Shown one piece after another: positions 55,301 to 64,000 of a stretch of 64,000 nucleotides of DNA. Numbering within the stretch: the stretch's first letter is position 1; the number at the start of each line of letters is the position of its first letter. The notes under the pieces were generated by a model, which saw only the letters and a program-made list of their open reading frames with translations, searched no databases and was not told the origin of the DNA. A program made the translations under genes and the position numbers. Location of the stretch: assembly GCF_001194135.2 (NCBI RefSeq), contig NC_068983.1:130836686-130900685 (forward strand). Reading direction: 5' to 3'. This DNA comes from Octopus bimaculoides (taxonomy: Eukaryota).

Positions 55301-56496
55301 CATTTGAGTTTTCATTTGATAAATGTACCTCCAAGACAGCACCTAACAGCAGTAAAACCAACTTGTCTTATTGTTATCGCCAGAAATACACCCAGTAAAT
55401 ATGCTTCAAAGTAATAACCTAGAAATACAATTCTAAGCATATTTTAGCCTCAACTGTACAAGGGTATATAATTCTAGCTGCCCATAGATATTAGGACCGA
55501 TTTTAAATCGAAAAACATACTTGTCACGCAAATTTACATCCAACTAGACGCCTCTAAACCGGCTATCTCTTACTGAAATGTTGCAGCCAAGTGACAGTCC
55601 ATTAAGTAACACCAACATCATTCTGTTTAACAAGTGGAGCGTGCAATGAAATAATTTATGTCATTAGTTAGACCAAACAATGACAAAATTTCAACTGACA
55701 AATAGAAACTTAAATACTCTCATTAGACATAATTTGAATTTCATTTAAATTCTCTCAAAATCTGATTCAGTACATCTGATTATATAAATATTCTCTGCAT
55801 CTACAAGTCTTAAAATATTACAGAGTTCTGTTAACTTGCTTCTTCTATAATTTTGAGTTGGAAATATTACAGCTGAGATAGAGACTGGGAAGGCAGAAAG
55901 GAATTATATTTATGCACAGATACATATTTGGCCTTCTTAAGTATAAATGAATGCATATATCTATGTAGGAATACATATAAAAGCGGTATACACACACACA
56001 CACATGCATGCATGCATTTGTATCTGTCTGTCTGTTTGTCTGTCTGTGGCTCTGTGTGTGCATTATATGAAATATATATGTCACCGGTCACATAACCGAA
56101 ATACGCACCATATATTTTACCTACCCTCCTTCTCATACAATCACTTTCTCACTCACTCGTTCTCTCTGAATATGTGTATTATCTATCTATTTTCTATCTG
56201 TCTATCCATCTAATAATCCGATTATGAATATATGTACGTGTGTGTGTGTGTGAATACACACACATATACACACAGAGACGTGGTCGCGCGCACATGACAG
56301 TGCTGAACCACTTAATTCAGCTTCAGTTATATAATGTAGAAGCTCCATGTGAAAAGAATCCTAGTAAAATGAACCAAGACCATTAAACGAAGAGAATATT
56401 AAATAAAATGTTCAGCTTAATTTAATCCAGAATATTCACAATGGTTAAATGAAATAAAAGAATAAGAATGCGTGTGTATATGTGTGTTTGTGTGTG

Positions 56497-56534
<38 letters not shown>

Positions 56535-57539
56535 NNNNNNNNNNNNNNNNNNNNNNNNNNNNNNNNNNNNNNNNNNNNNNNNNNNNNNNNNNNNNNNNNN
56601 NNNNNNNNNNNNNNNNNNNNNNNNNNNNNNNNNNNNNNNNNNNNNNNNNNNNNNNNNNNNNNNNNNNNNNNNNNNNNNNNNNNNNNNNNNNNNNNNNNNN
56701 NNNNNNNNNNNNNNNNNNNNNNNNNNNNNNNNNNNNNNNNNNNNNNNNNNNNNNNNNNNNNNNNNNNNNNNNNNNNNNNNNNNNNNNNNNNNNNNNNNNN
56801 NNNNNNNNNNNNNNNNNNNNNNNNNNNNNNNNNNNNNNNNNNNNNNNNNNNNNNNNNNNNNNNNNNNNNNNNNNNNNNNNNNNNNNNNNNNNNNNNNNNN
56901 NNNNNNNNNNNNNNNNNNNNNNNNNNNNNNNNNNNNNNNNNNNNNNNNNNNNNNNNNNNNNNNNNNNNNNNNNNNNNNNNNNNNNNNNNNNNNNNNNNNN
57001 NNNNNNNNNNNNNNNNNNNNNNNNNNNNNNNNNNNNNNNNNNNNNNNNNNNNNNNNNNNNNNNNNNNNNNNNNNNNNNNNNNNNNNNNNNNNNNNNNNNN
57101 NNNNNNNNNNNNNNNNNNNNNNNNNNNNNNNNNNNNNNNNNNNNNNNNNNNNNNNNNNNNNNNNNNNNNNNNNNNNNNNNNNNNNNNNNNNNNNNNNNNN
57201 NNNNNNNNNNNNNNNNNNNNNNNNNNNNNNNNNNNNNNNNNNNNNNNNNNNNNNNNNNNNNNNNNNNNNNNNNNNNNNNNNNNNNNNNNNNNNNNNNNNN
57301 NNNNNNNNNNNNNNNNNNNNNNNNNNNNNNNNNNNNNNNNNNNNNNNNNNNNNNNNNNNNNNNNNNNNNNNNNNNNNNNNNNNNNNNNNNNNNNNNNNNN
57401 NNNNNNNNNNNNNNNNNNNNNNGTTGTAAGTAATTTCATCATTTACTAACAGAAGTACGGTTTTGTGTTTTCCTGTTGCTGAGGTTTTTTTTTCTAGTAC
57501 CTTCGACACTGGCTCTTTGGTTCATTGAGCGACAGATTT

Positions 57540-59437
57540 CGGTCCCATACTCTCCAAGATATTCAACGCACACATCAATGTTGAGTTCTGTAACTCAGTG
57601 AAATCCATTAAGTATGTGTGCAAATATGTCAACAAGGGATCTGACATGGCAGCCTTTGCAGTCCAGGATTCAGACAACAATGATGAAATCAAGACCTTCC
57701 AAACAGGAAGGTATATCAGCAGTGGTGAAGCATGTTGGAGAATGTTCAAGTTCCCCATTCATGAGAGATATCCCCACGTGCAACATCTTGCAGTTCACTT
57801 GGAGAATGGCGAAAGGGTTTACTTCACCCCACACAGTCCAACTACAAATGGAAGCTCCCAAAAATATCACACTCACAGCGTTCTACAAGCTCTGTCAGGA
57901 TGATGAATTTGCTACAAGACTGCTATACAATGAAGTTCCACAATTCTATGTCTGGCACCAAAACAAATGGAAAAGACGTGCACTTGGTGCACCCACACGA
58001 TATCCAGGAATCAAGAAATCAGATACACTTGGCAGAGTCTATGTTGTCCATCCCAACTACTCAGAGTGCTACTATCTAAGGCTTCTATTACACCATGTCA
58101 AGGGACCCACATCATTTACGGCCTTACGAACGGTTGANNNNNNNNNNGGGACCCACATCATTTACGGCCTTACGAACGGTTGATAACACAGTATGTCAAA
58201 CATATCGCCAGGCTTGCCATCTCAGAGGTCTTCTGGAAGATGATGCACACTGGGATGCCACTCTGACAGAGGCACAAATGTGCAAGTCTCCTATACAGCT
58301 GAGCAACCTCTTCTCCATCATGCTGGTGAACTGTGGATTGTCAAATCCAAATCAACTTTGGGACAAATACAAGGAGGGGCTTTCTGAAGACATTCTTCAA
58401 AGAATTCAATATCAGTGTGACGGTGATGTCACATTCAATGATGACATCTTCAATGACACATTAAGATTAATAGACGACAAGGTTCAATCACTGGGTGGAA
58501 ACAAACTTGAAATCTATGGTCTTCCAGCTCCTCCTGTCAGAGATGTTCAACACAGATTAGCACAAGAGCTAATCAGGGAAACATCATACANNNNNNNNNN
58601 AAAATGAATCTCCTTTATGCAACATAACAAAGAATACAGCGTTAGCAAAACTCCTTACAGATGCCAAACTCATTGTCTGGGATGAGGCAACAATGTCCCA
58701 TAAGGCAGCCTTCGAAGCACTTGATAGAACACTACAAGACTCCAGAAACAATAAGAAGATCATGGGTCGTGTCACCCTCCTCATGGCTGGTGACTTCAGG
58801 CAAACGCTGCCTGTCGTTCCCAGAGGAACCAGGGCGGATGTGCTGAGAGCTTGCATCAAGTCCTCATATATCTGGCAACATGTCAAGCAGCTTACTCTGA
58901 CAACCAACATGAGGGTTCACATTCTTGGTGACCCGTTAGCTGCACAGTTCTTCAACAAGTTACCTGACATTGGAAATGGAAAACTTCCACAAAATGCAGA
59001 AGATAATCTGCATCATCTCCCATGTGGCAATATGACTGCCTCCTTTGAAGAACTAAAGAGCAAGGTGTTTCCAAACATTGCCACAAACTACAAAAGTCAC
59101 AAGTGGCTATGTGAAAGAACAATTCTGGCACCAAGGAATGATTCTGTAGACAAGCTGAATTTAAAATTGTTAACTCAGCTTCAAGGACCTGAATGTTCAT
59201 ACAGATCAATTAACTGTGTCCCTGATCAACAACAGGCAACGCATTACCCAGTGGAGTTCCTCAATTCACTTCAGCCACCACACATTCTGTATATCTGTGT
59301 ATATAACAGTGAAACAATAACGTGGTATATTCGCTGTGAATTTTTTTCATTTAATCCCCATTTTAATTATCGTAAAAGTTTCCAAGTACCAATAAGCAAC
59401 AATTTCATTCCCGGGCAACGCCGGGTGGCTCTGCTAG
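57540..59437 (+). mobile_element. Helitron relic: Rep C-terminus and PIF1-like helicase fragments, plus intact 3' terminus
   Basis: NAHINVEFCNSVKSIKYVCKYVNKGSD, GRYISSGEACWRMFKFPIHERYPHVQHLAVHL, YYLRLLLHHVKGPTSF, LIVWDEATM, GDFRQTLPVVPRG and ILAPRN are diagnostic Helitron motifs. 3' hairpin CCCGG-gcaacg-CCGGG (59410-59425) and CTAG (59434-59437) followed by T. Confidence 0.95.
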
Positions 59438-60709
59438 TATATATATATATATATATATATNNNNNNNNNNNNNNNNNNNNNNNNNNNNNNNNNNNNNNNN
59501 NNNNNNNNNNNNNNNNNNNNNNNNNNNNNNNNNNNNNNNNNNNNNNNNNNNNNNNNNNNNNNNNNNNNNNNNNNNNNNNNNNNNNNNNNNNNNNNNNNNN
59601 NNNNNNNNNNNNNNNNNNNNNNNNNNNNNNNNNNNNNNNNNNNNNNNNNNNNNNNNNNNNNNNNNNNNNNNNNNNNNNNNNNNNNNNNNNNNNNNNNNNN
59701 NNNNNNNNNNNNNNNNNNNNNNNNNNNNNNNNNNNNNNNNNNNNNNNNNNNNNNNNNNNNNNNNNNNNNNNNNNNNNNNNNNNNNNNNNNNNNNNNNNNN
59801 NNNNNNNNNNNNNNNNNNNNNNNNNNNNNNNNNNNNNNNNNNNNNNNNNNNNNNNNNNNNNNNNNNNNNNNNNNNNNNNNNNNNNNNNNNNNNNNNNNNN
59901 NNNNNNNNNNNNNNNNNNNNNNNNNNNNNNNNNNNNNNNNNNNNNNNNNNNNNNNNNNNNNNNNNNNNNNNNNNNNNNNNNNNNNNNNNNNNNNNNNNNN
60001 NNNNNNNNNNNNNNNNNNNNNNNNNNNNNNNNNNNNNNNNNNNNNNNNNNNNNNNNNNNNNNNNNNNNNNNNNNNNNNNNNNNNNNNNNNNNTATATATA
60101 TATATATATATTTATGTGTTTATCTGTCTACCAAATTATTCATCTATATACCAATTCATGTTGAGATTTTTGAATGCGTGCATTTGTACCTTCGTATCTA
60201 ATTGACGTATATATGAATGTGTGTAGGTATGTATGTGTACACGTGTGTATATGTATCTATGGATCTTATGTATGTATATATGTATGAATACATTACATAT
60301 ATTTATGTTTGTACGCATGCTCTCTGTGTCTGTTTAATTTAGAATACATTTTGACCGGTCATATGCTTTGTAATAGTGTTGTGATGGAAAGCATTTTGTT
60401 TTCTTCATCATCTTTTAAATCTAAAGAACGTTACTTTGGTTTTTATTGATCCAGATATCATAAATCATCAGTAGCGTATGAACTGAGGATTTTCGTTCTC
60501 TCCCAAGAAAACAATTTCAGCTATACTATGCTCCAGACGGATTGTTGTATGAGCAATTGGATAAGCTATGATCAGCTCATTTAGTAGGAGTTACAAACAT
60601 TATGTAATTGCAACTTGATTCGGTTTCATGCATGTGAAACTAATTTAACTCTTCAGGTCTAGATAACCGATAACAACAGTTTGAAGATGGCTACTGACGG
60701 TTGGGATGC

Positions 60710-62542
60710 TAAACGTTAAATACAATATTTTTCGTCAAGCATATGCCAATGTGAACTTAGTGTAGATTTTAATGCTGATTTCAAATATATGATTAGTTTT
60801 TTGACATAACGTACTGTTTTCAAGATGAGAAAGCTTTTTGGGTCTTAGCTCATGCATTATATAGAAATTCCAATTATTGACGTGTATGCATGTATTTCAT
60901 TTACATTATGGAAAGATACCTTTAAAATAAAGCACATTATTCATTGCTGCATAGTTCAGATGCAATATTTCATCATCTTAAATTAACCAATCAAGTTTTG
61001 TCTGAGGAAATAGGTATTTCAACATCTGAAATTGGCCAGTGATAATTGGTTTGATGAGATATTTCATCATCTCAAATTGAAAATAAGTATAGCCGTTTGT
61101 ATCTATTTCCTTATTTGTTTTATACTATTAACAATGTCAGTACAGTGTAGAAATCATCCTGATGTGTTTTATTATGTTTGTGGACAGTTTATTGTGAAAG
61201 CTCGAAAACGCACAATAACACCAGAGATCAAGAAGATTTATACGCTATACTTTGACTGTCCTCTTGGAGATCAGGACAAGTATTGGGCACCACATTTTAT
61301 CTGCTTACCTTTCTCAAATGGCTTACGATACTGGTTCAATAAGAAGAAATCCAAGTCATTTGCCATTCCAATGATATGGAGGAAGCCGAAAGACCATTTT
61401 AATGGCTGTTATTTCTGCAAAGTAAATGTTGCAGGATTTTGTGTATCCCAATTTGGATCCTGCAATGAGACTTGTGCCTCACAATGGAAGTCTGCCAAAT
61501 CCAGCTCCACCAGTTGATGGTATTGAAACATCAGATGATGATGCTGAATATCACGATAGTGCTGCTGAGGAAGATTATGTGGCTGATGATGAGAGTTTTG
61601 AACCTGAATGACATTGTTAGAGACCTATCCCTCTCAAAAGATAAAGCAGAACTGTTGGCATCAAGACTGAAGGAGAAATATCTTCTAGAGCACAGTGTTC
61701 ATATAACTTATTTTCGTCAAAGAAATGTGGTTCTACAAACGTATTTTTCTGTTGAAAGCCCGCTTTGCTTTTGCAGTGACATCGATGGACTTTTCGAATG
61801 TTTATCACAATATCATGATGCTGCAGAATGGCGTTTACTTATTGACTGTTCGAAACGAAGTTTAAAAGTTGTACCTCTCCATAATGGCAATTTGAAGCCC
61901 TCTGATATTATTACACACTCCGTTCATCTTCAGGAATCATATGAGAATATGGAACTTTTACTTCATGCCATTGCTTATGAAAGATACTCGTGGAGATTTC
62001 AAAGTCATAGGAATATTAATGGGAACGCAGTCAGGTTTCAGAAAATACTGTTGTTTCTTGTGTCTATGAGACAACTGATAGACATTCGGAATCAATCTGG
62101 CAGAGAAGAACACCATACCAGCTATCACTGTCTACAAGAGGTATATTCTACAAAAATACACCTCTTCTAGATCCATGTAATGTCCTATTGCCTCCGTTGC
62201 ACATAAAGCTTGGACTGATGAAACAGTTTGTAAAGACACTAGGGACGAGAAATGCCAGAGGGTTTGAGTATATTGTAGAAAAGTTTCTCAAAATCACACA
62301 GGTGAAGTTGAAAGTGGGTATCTTTGTCGGATATAGAAAGGTACTCAAAGATGTCAACTTCAAGACAACACTGGATGAGTTGGAACTGCCTGCCTGGAAT
62401 GCTTTCAGTTGGATTTGTGAGAATTTCTTGCGCAACAATAAGGCAATGGACTACAAGGATGGCATCGAGAATCTTGTGAAACATTATTCAGCAAGGGTTG
62501 TCATATGTCACTGAAAGTTCACTTCTTGGACTCCCATCTGGA
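60710..62542 (+). mobile_element. Decayed DNA transposase relic, CMC/Chapaev3-like (family assignment tentative)
   Basis: From 61134: MSVQCRNHPDVFYYVCG...YFDCPLGDQDKYWAPHFIC...IPMIWRKPKDHFNGCYFC, then LNDIVRDLSLSKDKAELLASRLKE, LLPPLHIKLGLMKQFVK and LKVHFLDSHL. Frameshifted, with internal deletions and a 3' truncation; left boundary approximate. Confidence 0.75.
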
Positions 62543-63197
62543 GTCAGAAGGGTTGTATGCAATCACTCGCGAATTTCTGCGATTTACCTCAGCGTCTACG
62601 GTTAACTTTTCATCCACAAACACGCGAGTTTTACCTGCAATTTGATACTTGATGAATGACAGAAACATTGGTCATCTCTCGGCTCTCATTGCTTTGGCTT
62701 TGGCTGTTAGGAGGTGACGGCGTCGTCGAACATATCTAGTAATGCCAAGGCTTCTGTTCACAACTTTGGACACCGTGGAAAGGGATACATTGCGTTTCTT
62801 TGCAAAAGTTGTTATGGATGTGGTTGGATTGGCTTCAACCAAGCGTTTGCGGCCAGCGAGAAACTTTGGATTGCACTTGGAATCACTTCAAATTCTGTGT
62901 GCTTTTCTATCAATCTTTCCCTCTTGTTTTAAATATTTATGCACACGATAAACTGTTGCTTTTGAAAGTTTCAACTTAAAAATTTTATTGGCAGTGTGCT
63001 CGGTGCGCGCCAAAACAACAATGGGAGAACGATTCTGTTGTCCTATGACTTTTTGTTGTCAAATCAGTTTGCTATTTACTTGAAAAATAAAGAGGAGGTT
63101 TAGATTTTGAAGCAAGCAATGTTTTGTCAAAAACTGAAATGTTAAACCCATCGAGTCAATTGTTTAAAATTGGTTTCAGTTTATTTGTGAAACCCTT
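62543..63197 (-). mobile_element. 5' half of a maT-like Tc1/mariner transposon
   Basis: Minus translation: LSKATVYRVHKYL...ANPTTSITTFAKKRNVSLSTVSKVV..SLGITRYVRRRRHLLTAKAK...RVFVDEKLTVDAEVNRRNSRVIA. TIR-like AGGGTTTCACAAATAAAC at ~63197. Confidence 0.8.
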
Positions 63198-63318
63198 AAT
63201 ATGTCTGGGGGCGTGTGCATGTTGTGTGTATTGCGCAGTGCTTCCAGTGAGCACATTGCATCATAGCCTCCACTGCCTAATGCTTTATGAGTGAAACCAG
63301 TAAACGGAAAAAAGCCGA

Positions 63319-63350
<32 letters not shown>

Positions 63351-63375
63351 ATGTGTGAGAGAGAGAGAGAGAGAG

Positions 63376-63410
<35 letters not shown>

Positions 63411-63914
63411 TCATGCATGTCCTATATTTTTATATATGTCATGAGTAGGATTTTTAAACTGCATCCTCTATGTAGAGTTCTGGTTAGAGAGTCCCAAGAT
63501 TTGAGGTGTTTGGAACCACCTCTTAACCACTATTGTTCCGAGGTTTGCTCTGACGTGGAGTCGTAGTAGCACTCACTGAATATTTCTAGATCGGCAATCT
63601 GATGTAAAACGTGCAGTTTCACGTGACAACTGGTCATCTCACTTTGGCCTGTCACTAGGTAACAATGCCAGAGAGCAGAATGCGTATTCTACATCCTTTA
63701 TCAGCATAATTCCATTATTTACATATCCTTAGGCGATGAAAAAGTAGCATTGTGTGTAGGCCTAACTGGATGGAAGTGCATTATAAGTAATAACTTTCAA
63801 CTGTTATTTATGTTTCAAACAATATAAATCTGAGAACGAAGTAGGAACATTAAGCAGTGATATATTGTATTAATCCTTGAAGTCATTGAGGGTAATGTCA
63901 TTGAAAATGTGGAA

Positions 63915-63966
<52 letters not shown>

Positions 63967-64000
63967 GTATATTTGACTAAGGCCATGATGGAGCACCACC

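Noticed and set aside
58102-58184. Exact ~36-bp direct repeat in the Helitron
   Set aside because: Flanks a 10-N gap; typical unmerged contig overlap.
4411-60201. Long ORFs spanning N-gaps and ORFs of poly-YI/CV/HT/D/S residues
   Set aside because: Artefacts of assembly gaps and microsatellites; not coding evidence.
60425-60475. Minus-strand CTGATGA with a possible stem II
   Set aside because: Lacks the GAAAC and cleavage triplet.
1-64000. CRISPR arrays, rRNA, prokaryotic operons
   Set aside because: No repeat-spacer arrays, rRNA-like sequence or gene-dense regions; the sequence is eukaryotic repeat-rich DNA.

Overview
Eukaryotic, AT-rich, repeat-dominated scaffold segment with 12 N-gaps (4516-4980, 5865-6259, 9474-9597, 11091-11159, 22101-22410, 25187-25978, 29447-29456, 32004-32583, 56535-57422, 58138-58147, 58591-58600, 59461-60092). 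The microsatellite density and SINE families suggest an octopus/cephalopod genome; this is an inference. No intact host gene is evident, and most listed ORFs are microsatellite or gap artefacts. Recognisable content is decayed transposons: three DD37D/maT-like and two mariner-type Tc1/mariner relics, a Helitron Rep/PIF1-helicase relic with an intact 3' hairpin-CTAG end, a Chapaev3-like transposase relic, a Penelope-like retroelement (RT plus probable GIY-YIG) relic, faint piggyBac-like relics, and three tRNA-derived SINE families. The most notable finding is two unrelated palindromic elements (8826-9316 and ~12660-14005) whose inverted arms each end in a minimal type-I hammerhead ribozyme motif of the kind known from Penelope-like elements. 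One also carries a tRNA-like Pol III head, so it looks like a SINE with a Penelope-type ribozyme tail. Four large fold-back elements cluster within 8.8-20.3 kb, one containing a (CCCTAA)n-(TTAGGG)n hairpin. All alignments and translations were done by eye; none were computed.
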